Below, piece after piece: positions 47,276 through 55,383 of a DNA stretch of 64,000 bases (position 1 is its first letter; every line of letters begins with the position of its first letter). A program made the position numbers and the translations under genes. Source of the DNA: Candidatus Omnitrophota bacterium. Lineage in GTDB: Bacteria; Omnitrophota; Gorgyraeia; Gygaellales; Profunditerraquicolaceae. The notes under the pieces were generated by a model, which saw only the letters and a list, made by a program, of their open reading frames with translations, did no database searches and had not been told where the DNA came from. Where the stretch lies: positions 3 to 64,002 of the forward strand of contig JBAZGA010000001.1 of NCBI GenBank assembly GCA_041653115.1, written 5' to 3'.

Positions 47276-49142
47276 GAATAAAAATATTATTTGCATATCT
47301 TCGATAGACTGGGGCTTTATCTGGCAGGGGCACCAGGAGATAATGTCTAAGCTTGCCAAAAACGGCAATCGCATCTTGTTTATTGAAAATACGGGGGTGA
47401 GGACTCCGGGAGTAAGGGATATCCCCCGCCTGAAAGAAAGAATAAAGAATTATTTCAGGGGCGCCAAAGGCATAAGAAAAGAAATGGAAAATCTTTATAT
47501 ATTCTCTCCTTTGGCGCTGCCGTTTCCATATTCCCGAACCGCCCGTTTTATAAATCGGCATTTAATCATACCTATTTTGGAGCAATGGATAAAAATAATG
47601 GATTTTAATGAGCTGATTATCTGGACTTTTTTGCCCACGCCCTTAAGCATAGATATAATTGATAACCTCCCTAAAAAATTAGTCGTCTATTATTGTATCG
47701 ATGCTTTTAGCGCAAGCTCTGCTTCAGCTAAAAAGATTAAAAAATCGGAGGCAGTATTATTAAAGAAGGCGGATCTGGTATTTGTTACTTCAAAATCTTT
47801 ATATAATTACTGTTCTAAATATAACGATAAAGTTTATATTTTCCCCTTCGCGGTAAATTTTGAAGATTTTGAAAAAGTCAGGTTAAATGAAGCTGATTCT
47901 GCCAGGGAAGAGCTCTCCGGCATCAGACGCCCTATCATCGGCTATATCGGCGGAATACATAAATGGCTGGATTTTAACTTAATTGCAAAAGCAACCCAGA
48001 GATATCCGGATTATTCATTTGTATTTATCGGGCCTATCCAGGCAGACATATCTTCTTTGCAAGGGATAAAGAATATTTATTTTTTGGGCAAAAAAGAACA
48101 CCATCAAATTCCCCAATTTATAAAGAATTTTGACGCATGCATTATACCGTATCTTCTTACCGATTACACTCAAAACGTTTATCCAACTAAATTAAACGAA
48201 TATCTGGCGATGGGAAAACCCGTGATATCCACCGATCTGCCTGAGGTCGCCGATTTTAATAAAGACAATAATAATGTGGTCTTCTTGGGTAAGACGGATC
48301 AAGATTTTATGGATTATATCGGCAGAGCCGTTAATGATGCCTGCGCTGCCTCGCTGGAAAAACGTATAGCTGCTGCGCAAAAAAATAGCTGGACTATAAG
48401 AGTTAAAGAGATGAATAGTCTTATAAAAAGAGCGGCTGAGCAAAAGCTTAATCTGCCGTTTGACTGGAGAGAGAGTTTTTTAAGGCAGTATAGAATTGTA
48501 CGCAGAAAGTTTTTTAAAATAGCTTTTACTTTTTTAGCCGCGTATTTTTTGGTATTTTATACGCCCTTGGTTTGGTTTCTGGCGGAGCCGCTTAAAATAA
48601 CGCAACAGCCTGAAAAATCGGACTCGATCGTTGTCTTTGCGGGTGGAGTAGGCGAGTCAGGAAAGGCTGGACAGGGTTATGAAGAGAGGGTAAAATATGC
48701 GGTAGAGCTCTATAAAAAAGGTTACGCTAATTATTTAATTTTTTCTTCGGGGTATGTTTATGCTTTTAAAGAACCGTTAGTAATGCAGGCTTTAGCCGTA
48801 TCCTTAGGCGTGCCGGAAGAGGCAATTGTTTTAGAGGATAGGGCAAAAAATACCTATGAAAATGTAAGTTTTTCCAAAGAAATTTTAGAGAAAAATGCCT
48901 GGAATAAAATCCTTGTGGTCAGTTCGCCTTATCATATGCGCCGCGTAGCTTTAGTTTTTAATAAAATCGCCAATAATATAAAAGTAATCTATGTCCCAAT
49001 CCCGAATAGTTTATTCTATTCTCATCCCAAAAAAGATATTTCTGGCAAAGGGATTTGGAAGAAAATAAATATCCGGCAGATTAAAGGTATTTTCCACGAA
49101 TATCTGGGAATCTTGTATTATTGGCGTAAAGGATGGTTATAG
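47250..49142 (+). CDS. Fusion of a GT4-type (GT-B) glycosyltransferase (N-terminal ~400 aa) and a DUF218/YdcF-ElyC-like C-terminal domain
   Basis: GT4 C-terminal motif 'YPTKLNEYLAMGKPVISTDLPEV'. After a TM segment ('IAFTFLAAYFLVFYTPLVWFLA'), the DUF218-like region has 'DSIVVFAGGVGESG...YLIFSSGYVY...EDRAKNTYENV'. Confidence 0.5.
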   Translation: MSGGIIVIRNKNIICISSIDWGFIWQGHQEIMSKLAKNGNRILFIENTGVRTPGVRDIPRLKERIKNYFRGAKGIRKEMENLYIFSPLALPFPYSRTARFINRHLIIPILEQWIKIMDFNELIIWTFLPTPLSIDIIDNLPKKLVVYYCIDAFSASSASAKKIKKSEAVLLKKADLVFVTSKSLYNYCSKYNDKVYIFPFAVNFEDFEKVRLNEADSAREELSGIRRPIIGYIGGIHKWLDFNLIAKATQRYPDYSFVFIGPIQADISSLQGIKNIYFLGKKEHHQIPQFIKNFDACIIPYLLTDYTQNVYPTKLNEYLAMGKPVISTDLPEVADFNKDNNNVVFLGKTDQDFMDYIGRAVNDACAASLEKRIAAAQKNSWTIRVKEMNSLIKRAAEQKLNLPFDWRESFLRQYRIVRRKFFKIAFTFLAAYFLVFYTPLVWFLAEPLKITQQPEKSDSIVVFAGGVGESGKAGQGYEERVKYAVELYKKGYANYLIFSSGYVYAFKEPLVMQALAVSLGVPEEAIVLEDRAKNTYENVSFSKEILEKNAWNKILVVSSPYHMRRVALVFNKIANNIKVIYVPIPNSLFYSHPKKDISGKGIWKKINIRQIKGIFHEYLGILYYWRKGWL

Positions 49143-49151
49143 GAGGCAGTT

Positions 49152-49643
49152 ATGAAGATTATCGATGAAAAAGGGAGGTTATTCGGGAAGATAAATGTGA
49201 TTGATTTTTTAGTAATATTGTTTTTGCTTTGTTTAATGCCGATATTCTATTTTGGATGTAAGGCGGCTTTTAAAAAATCCGCGGTAATTGATGGGGCCGG
49301 GGGTTTCATGGAGTTGGAAATAAATTGCAGGTTTGCGAAGATAGAACCCGTTACTTTAGTATTGATATCGGTTGGCGATAAAGAGTTTGATAAAAAGAAT
49401 AGAGTGATAGGCGAGATAATCTGGATTAGCCAGGCTAAGCCACACCAGTACAAATTCGATATGGGAACCGGGACGATATTGATTAAAGAAGACCCCTTAT
49501 TAAAAGATTTGGACGCGAAGCTTAAGCTAAAGGTGGAGATGCGGGGGAGTAGATTGTATTATAAGGATAAGCAGATTACCGTTGATTCGTCGTTTGATTT
49601 TAAAACTGATAAATATGCCTTAACGGCCGTTCCGGTTATATAG
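49152..49643 (+). CDS. DUF4330-like small membrane-anchored protein
   Basis: 'MKIIDEKGRLFGKINVIDFLVILFLLCLMPIFYFG' is the N-terminal pattern typical of DUF4330 proteins. Confidence 0.45.
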   Translation: MKIIDEKGRLFGKINVIDFLVILFLLCLMPIFYFGCKAAFKKSAVIDGAGGFMELEINCRFAKIEPVTLVLISVGDKEFDKKNRVIGEIIWISQAKPHQYKFDMGTGTILIKEDPLLKDLDAKLKLKVEMRGSRLYYKDKQITVDSSFDFKTDKYALTAVPVI

Positions 49644-49664
49644 AACGAAAACAAAACTGCGCAG

Positions 49665-50159
49665 ATGCGATATTCTTATCTAAGTCAGAAAGCGGCAGAT
49701 ATATACGATAAATATCAGGCTAATGCGGGGATCCGGGTAGTTTGGAAGAGGACAAAAAATATTTTTAGATACAGCTTTTTTGGAAAAGTTACAGAGATAA
49801 AAGATAAGGACAACTTAAGAATTTTAAATAACAGTAAAGTTATCGGGTGGTTATTGGGCGCATACAAGACTTGGAGTCATAGATTGAATAATTTTTGCAG
49901 GTCGAGCATAGCCTGTGCATCAATTGGTGAAACAAAAAAAGATTTATATTTCTTGCCGATAAAGACAATTGGTGTTATTCTGGTTACCGCCTTATTGATA
50001 AATACCCTATATTCTTTGTTGTCGATAGGAAAAATAGGTCTGGTAAACTGGATGGCGAGAGGATTATTTTTATTTATAGGAATAGGCGCCTTCTCTTGCG
50101 ATGCCAGCTACGAAGACATAAAAAGGACAAGCATACTATTTAAAGGAAAAAAGCGATGA
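49665..50159 (+). CDS. Hypothetical small membrane protein
   Basis: 164 aa with two predicted TM helices in the C-terminal half and no family match. Confidence 0.3.
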   Translation: MRYSYLSQKAADIYDKYQANAGIRVVWKRTKNIFRYSFFGKVTEIKDKDNLRILNNSKVIGWLLGAYKTWSHRLNNFCRSSIACASIGETKKDLYFLPIKTIGVILVTALLINTLYSLLSIGKIGLVNWMARGLFLFIGIGAFSCDASYEDIKRTSILFKGKKR

Positions 50160-51136
50160 GGGCATTAGTGACGGGAGGGGCCGGATTTATCGGCTCGCAT
50201 CTGGCGGAAGGATTAATAAACAACGGTTACGGCGTCGTCGTTTTGGATAATCTTTCTACGGGCAGGCTGGAAAACGTCGCCCATTTGAAAAATGCCCCTG
50301 ACTTTGAGCTGGTTGTTGATACCGTATTAAACGATAATTTATTAGATAAATTGGTAGAAAAATGCGACGTTATTTTTCATTTGGCTGCGGCAGTCGGTGT
50401 TGAGTTAATAGTGAAGAAGCCGCTGGAATCGTTAAGTACCAATATTAAAGGCAGCGAAATAGTCTTAGAGATGGCGCACAGGTATCATAAAAAGGTTTTA
50501 ATAACCTCGACCTCCGAGATTTACGGAAAAAACGTAAATGGTCCGCTAAAAGAGAGCGATGACAGAATATTGGGTTCGCCTCTAAAAACCCGCTGGAGTT
50601 ATTCTACTGCCAAGGCAGTGGATGAAATGCTTGCTTATGTATATTGGAAGGAAAAAGATGTTCCCGCGATAATTGTGCGTCTTTTTAATACTGTTGGTCC
50701 AAGGCAGAGCGGTACTTACGGTATGGTTATGCCTCGTTTTATTGAGCAGTCCTTGAAGAATGAGCCGCTTTTCGTGTATGGCACAGGTAAACAATCCAGG
50801 TGCTTCTTGCATGTTAAGGATGCGGTTAGCGCCTTGATTAGACTGATAAAGAAACCAGAGGCAATAGGCGAGGTCTTTAACATCGGCAGCCAGGAGGAAA
50901 TTACTATTGAGCAGCTGGCAAAAGAAATAATAAGATTAAACAACAGTAATTCTAAGATGGAATATATCTCTTACGATAAGGCATATGAAGAAGGGTTTGA
51001 GGATATGCAGCGCAGGGTTCCAGACATTTCCAAGATAAACAAACTGATCGGGTTTAAGCCAACCTATACCTTGCCCGAAATTATTAAAGACATAGTAGGA
51101 TACTTAAAGAAGAGCAGAAATCTAGAGCCCGCCTAA
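50156..51136 (+). CDS. NAD-dependent nucleotide-sugar epimerase/dehydratase (extended SDR; UDP-glucuronate decarboxylase/UDP-sugar 4-epimerase-like)
   Basis: 'MRALVTGGAGFIGSHLAEGL' is the GxxGxxG motif, 'YSTAKAVDEMLAYVY' is the YxxxK motif, and 'LFNTVGPRQ' is conserved. Confidence 0.75.
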   Translation: MRALVTGGAGFIGSHLAEGLINNGYGVVVLDNLSTGRLENVAHLKNAPDFELVVDTVLNDNLLDKLVEKCDVIFHLAAAVGVELIVKKPLESLSTNIKGSEIVLEMAHRYHKKVLITSTSEIYGKNVNGPLKESDDRILGSPLKTRWSYSTAKAVDEMLAYVYWKEKDVPAIIVRLFNTVGPRQSGTYGMVMPRFIEQSLKNEPLFVYGTGKQSRCFLHVKDAVSALIRLIKKPEAIGEVFNIGSQEEITIEQLAKEIIRLNNSNSKMEYISYDKAYEEGFEDMQRRVPDISKINKLIGFKPTYTLPEIIKDIVGYLKKSRNLEPA

Positions 51137-51154
51137 ACCTTAAGATAAATAAGA

Positions 51155-52348
51155 ATGAAAAAAATAAAAGTGTTGAGAATCATCGCCCGGCTCAATATCG
51201 GCGGCCCAGCCATCCATACTATTTTACTTACAGAAGGTCTGGATGGGAGACGGTTTGAATCTTTGCTCGTTTATGGGAGATTATCCCAGGGCGAGGGCGA
51301 TATATCTTATTATGCCCGGGAGAAAAATATCGCGACCCATTTTGTCCCGGAGCTAAAACGAGAATTGAATTTTTTTAGCGACATTATTGCTTTTTATAAG
51401 ATTTATAAAATTATTATAACAGAACAGCCCGATATAGTTCACACGCATACTGCCAAAGCAGGTGGCGTGGGAAGGACGGCAGCCATACTCTATAATTTTA
51501 TTCACAGAAATAAAAAAATAAAATTAGTCCATACTTTTCACGGTCATATATTTGACGGCTATTTCAGTAAAATCAAAAGCAGATTTTTTATTTTTATTGA
51601 GCGGTTTCTTGCATTATTTACCTGTCAGATCATTACCGTTAGTGAATCTATAAAAAATGAACTTATTTCATTGGGCATAAGTAAAGAGAGAAAGATTAAA
51701 GTTATTCCCCTCGGGTTAGAATTAGATAAATTTTTAAGTTTACCGGAGAGGAGAGACATTGATTTAAATATCGGCATAATCGGCAGGCTCGTGCCGGTTA
51801 AGAATCATCGTTTATTTTTAGAGGCGGCGGCTATGGTTATCAGCGATAATCAGGCGATACGGATAAAATTTAAGGTTATCGGTGACGGAGAATTAAGGGG
51901 GATGCTGGAAGAGTATTCCCGTAAACTTAAGATAAATAATTATCTAGATTTCCTGGGATGGCAGAAAGATTTAGTTAAAGCTTATTCGGGCTTGGATATA
52001 GTCGCTTTGACTTCGATAAACGAAGGAACGCCAGTCTCTTTAATCGAAGCCATGGCCTCTGGTAAAGCTGTCGTGGCAACAGATGTAGGGGGGATAAAGG
52101 ATTTATTGGGGGACGAGACCAATACCAAAATAAAGCCAAACGGGAGTTTTAAGATTTTAGAAAGAGGAATAATGGTGATGCCGGGAGATTCTCTCGGTTT
52201 TGCCCAGGCCCTGAATTTAACGATACAAGATGGCAACTTAAGAAGGGAGATGGGGTTACGAGCCAGAAATTTTGCAAAAACAGAGTTTACTAAAGATAGA
52301 TTAATAAAAGATGTAGAGAGTTTATATCTTGCTATATTATCATATTGA
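51155..52348 (+). CDS. Family 4 (GT-B) glycosyltransferase
   Basis: 'IKVLRIIARLNIGGPAIHT' N-terminus and a C-terminal 'NEGTPVSLIEAMASGKAVVATDVGG' E-x7-E region. Confidence 0.65.
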   Translation: MKKIKVLRIIARLNIGGPAIHTILLTEGLDGRRFESLLVYGRLSQGEGDISYYAREKNIATHFVPELKRELNFFSDIIAFYKIYKIIITEQPDIVHTHTAKAGGVGRTAAILYNFIHRNKKIKLVHTFHGHIFDGYFSKIKSRFFIFIERFLALFTCQIITVSESIKNELISLGISKERKIKVIPLGLELDKFLSLPERRDIDLNIGIIGRLVPVKNHRLFLEAAAMVISDNQAIRIKFKVIGDGELRGMLEEYSRKLKINNYLDFLGWQKDLVKAYSGLDIVALTSINEGTPVSLIEAMASGKAVVATDVGGIKDLLGDETNTKIKPNGSFKILERGIMVMPGDSLGFAQALNLTIQDGNLRREMGLRARNFAKTEFTKDRLIKDVESLYLAILSY

Positions 52349-52377
52349 TTTACGCGCTATAGCTAATATGCTATAAT
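52349..52377 (+). promoter_or_regulatory. Sigma-70-like promoter (TTTACG, 17 nt spacer, TATAAT) in the only sizeable intergenic gap of the cluster; predicts a leaderless or near-leaderless transcript for the gene at 52387
   Basis: -35 TTTACG at 52349-52354, a 17-nt spacer, and -10 TATAAT at 52372-52377. The ATG at 52387 lies about 2 to 3 nt downstream of the expected transcription start site. Confidence 0.45.
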
Positions 52378-52386
52378 ATTACACCT

Positions 52387-54189
52387 ATGCCATATGTTCA
52401 TTTTTTTCTCATCCCTTTTGCCTTAAGCTTAATTTTTACGCCCCTCACCCGCTTAATCGCCGTTAAAAACGGCTTGGTCGCTTACCCGCGCGCCGACCGC
52501 TGGCACAAGAGGCCGACCGCAATTCTTGGTGGAGTAAGCATATACCTGGCTGTGGTTATTCCCGCCTTATCTTTAGGGATTATAGATAAAAGCGCAATCG
52601 GTCCGCTTTTAGGAGCGACATTCTTATTCATCATTGGCCTGGCAGATGACAGGCTTCATTTTCCTCCTTACGCTAAATTATTCGCACAGATTGTTGCCGG
52701 TTGTATGGCAATTTTTTCCGGTATTCTTTTAGGCCTGCCTATAGATCCTATTTTTACCATTCCTTTAACTTTACTCTGGATTGTCGGCGTAACAAACTCA
52801 TTCAATCTTTTGGATAATATTGACGGCTTAGCAGCCGGGATTTCCGCCATATCCGCGTTTATGTTATTTTTTTCATCGCTCGTTTCTTCTCATAACCCGC
52901 TGGGGATCTTCAGCCTTATCTTAGCGGGAGCTGCTCTGGGTTTTTTACCGTATAATTTCAATCCGGCAAAAATCTTTATGGGAGATTCCGGCAGTATGTT
53001 CTTAGGTTATTCTCTGGCTGTGATTTCCATAGGCGGAACGCCGCACCACATATCCAATTTTTTAATCACTCTGATCATGCCCGTGCTTATCTTAAGCGTC
53101 CCCATTTTTGATACAATATTTGTAATGGCGGTAAGGATGCTGCGCGGCAGGAACGTTTTTGAGGGCGGTAAAGACCATACCTCTCACCATTTGGTCATTT
53201 TAGGGTTATCGCAGAGAAAAACCGTTCTTTTGTTGTATGCCATCAGTATCACATTTGGGTCAATCGCCATTCTTTATTCGAGATTAAATGTTTTTCTTAT
53301 TCTAATAATTACCTTCCTGGCTGCTATTATACTTTTATTTTTCGGGCTTTTCTTGTCGGAAGGGAGTTCCGATAAGAAGAAAAGTTATAAAAAACGCCAT
53401 GATCTAGAAAATAATAAAACTATTTTGAACACCTTATTCCTGCATAAGCGCAGAATAATAGAGGTCCTGTTGGATTTTATGCTTATTTGCATTGCTTATT
53501 ACTCGGCGTATTTTTTACGTTTCGAAGGCACATTGTTGTCCGGTAACGCATATTTGATAAAAGAATCCCTGGCCTGGATAATCCTGATTAAGATGGCGGT
53601 CTTCTTCGCCTTCGGCCTTTATCGGGGCGTCTGGAGATATGTAAGCATATCTGATCTTTTGACCATCTTTAAAGTTGTCAGTCTGAGTTCTATTACTTCG
53701 ATACTATTCCTTACCTTCCTCTTCAGATTCCGGGAATATTCCCGGGCAGTATTTTTTATAGACTGGATTCTTTTATTATTCTTAATTTCCGGTACGAGAA
53801 TTTTATTCAGGGTATTGGGAGAGTTCTTGAGCCGTGCCCGGGAAAAAGGAAGCAATGTGCTTATCTTTGGGGCGGGAGATACGGGCGAAATGGTGATACG
53901 GGAAATCAAGCGGAATAAGTCCTTGAATTACAATCCGATTGGATTTATTGACGATGATCCGTCTAAGGTAGGCAACAAAATACAAGGGGTCGCTGTTCTT
54001 GGCTCCCGCAGTAAAATCAGGGAATTAGCCAGGGCTTATAATATCAAAGAAGTCTTGATTACTATACCTTCATTGGACATAGAAGACTTTGCCGAGATAG
54101 CGATAATTTGCAAAGACTGCGGGCTTAATTACAGGAAGATAAGAGGCATCTTAGATAAAGAAGAGGTGGCAGATTTTGGAAAGAACTAA
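52387..54189 (+). CDS. Polyprenyl-phosphate N-acetylhexosamine-1-phosphate transferase (WecA/MraY family), fused to a C-terminal TM + Rossmann-like domain resembling the N-terminus of CapD/PglF/WbpM
   Basis: WecA signatures 'NSFNLLDNIDGLAAG' and 'MGDSGSMFLGY'. The C-terminal region has 4 more TM helices and then 'VLIFGAGDTGEMVIREIKRNKSLNYNPIGFIDDDPSKVGNKIQGVAVLG' (CoA-binding-like domain). Confidence 0.65.
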   Translation: MPYVHFFLIPFALSLIFTPLTRLIAVKNGLVAYPRADRWHKRPTAILGGVSIYLAVVIPALSLGIIDKSAIGPLLGATFLFIIGLADDRLHFPPYAKLFAQIVAGCMAIFSGILLGLPIDPIFTIPLTLLWIVGVTNSFNLLDNIDGLAAGISAISAFMLFFSSLVSSHNPLGIFSLILAGAALGFLPYNFNPAKIFMGDSGSMFLGYSLAVISIGGTPHHISNFLITLIMPVLILSVPIFDTIFVMAVRMLRGRNVFEGGKDHTSHHLVILGLSQRKTVLLLYAISITFGSIAILYSRLNVFLILIITFLAAIILLFFGLFLSEGSSDKKKSYKKRHDLENNKTILNTLFLHKRRIIEVLLDFMLICIAYYSAYFLRFEGTLLSGNAYLIKESLAWIILIKMAVFFAFGLYRGVWRYVSISDLLTIFKVVSLSSITSILFLTFLFRFREYSRAVFFIDWILLLFLISGTRILFRVLGEFLSRAREKGSNVLIFGAGDTGEMVIREIKRNKSLNYNPIGFIDDDPSKVGNKIQGVAVLGSRSKIRELARAYNIKEVLITIPSLDIEDFAEIAIICKDCGLNYRKIRGILDKEEVADFGKN

Positions 54190-55381
54190 GCTCATAAATT
54201 TTTGCGACAAGACGGCACTGTTTTCATTGTACGGGGTGGCTTATTTTCTGCCTATCTCCAAAGCCATAATCGAGATTCTGATTTATCTATCGATTGCCGC
54301 TTTCCTGGTTAAAAAAATCCTTCAGCGTCAATTCCTGCCTAAAACCAAAATTAACCTTGCTGTTTTTTCCTATATAATCATTTGTTTTTTTTCTATTTTT
54401 ATCAGCAGTAACCCCAAAATCAGTACCCGCGCTTTTTTAGGCAAAGTCCTGCAGGATTTAACCTTTTTTTTCGTAGTGATTGATGTCTTAAATAGTCAGC
54501 GCAGGTTAAAGAACGTTTTATATATCATATTCGCTTCTTCTTTCCTCCTCGGGATTGACGGTATATACCAGCATTTTATGCACAAAGAATTCATCCGTAA
54601 TCGGCCTTATGAGCTACCCAGGGTTCACGCTACATTTTCTACGGGTAATGATTTCGGCTGTTATTTAATTACAATCATGCCATTTACCGTGGTCTGTTTT
54701 TTTGATAAATTTAACTTCCGAAAATTATTCCGCTTTTTGTTTTTAGGTTTATTTATATTGCTTTTTACCTGCCTGATGCTTACCGTATCGCGCGGGGCGT
54801 GGTTCGGTTTTATCGCTTCGTTATTATTTGTAAGTATCTGGATTAAAGCCATGGGGCTGTTTTTTCTGGTACTCGGAATATTTATTATCGCCACGCACCA
54901 ATTTTATGCTCCGCTCTTAAAAGACCGTTTAGCTAATTTTTTTGTCTTTTCCGACAACAGCAGCGTTGATAGGAATATGATCTGGGAAATAGCCGGACGG
55001 ATGTTTATGCGCAGGCCGTTAATCGGGTTGGGTCTCGGTACCTTTATGTTTAATTTTAGTAAATTTGCAGCCGGCGGTTATCCCTACAGTATACCGTACG
55101 CGCATAATTGTTACTTGCAGATTGCCGCGGAAATCGGGATATTCGGCCTGGTATCATTTTTGTCCATATTAATATTATTCTTTTCTTACGGCATTGATTT
55201 GATCGTCACGCGGCAGAAAACATTTTTTTGGTATGTATTATTGGCCAGTCTCGCCGCGATATTGGCTTATTCTATTCAGATGACCGTAGATACAAGCCTT
55301 TACAGTTTAGACTTGGGAGCTTTGTTTTGGTTTACGCTCGGCTTAGGCGTTGCGGCAATGAAGGGTATTGAAACGGAATAA
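54176..55381 (+). CDS. O-antigen ligase/polymerase family membrane protein (Wzy_C domain), TTG start
   Basis: About 10 TM helices. The characteristic periplasmic loop motif is 'MFMRRPLIGLGLGTFMFNF...YAHNCYLQIAAEIGIFGL'. Confidence 0.55.
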   Translation: MERTKLINFCDKTALFSLYGVAYFLPISKAIIEILIYLSIAAFLVKKILQRQFLPKTKINLAVFSYIIICFFSIFISSNPKISTRAFLGKVLQDLTFFFVVIDVLNSQRRLKNVLYIIFASSFLLGIDGIYQHFMHKEFIRNRPYELPRVHATFSTGNDFGCYLITIMPFTVVCFFDKFNFRKLFRFLFLGLFILLFTCLMLTVSRGAWFGFIASLLFVSIWIKAMGLFFLVLGIFIIATHQFYAPLLKDRLANFFVFSDNSSVDRNMIWEIAGRMFMRRPLIGLGLGTFMFNFSKFAAGGYPYSIPYAHNCYLQIAAEIGIFGLVSFLSILILFFSYGIDLIVTRQKTFFWYVLLASLAAILAYSIQMTVDTSLYSLDLGALFWFTLGLGVAAMKGIETE

Positions 55382-55383
55382 GG

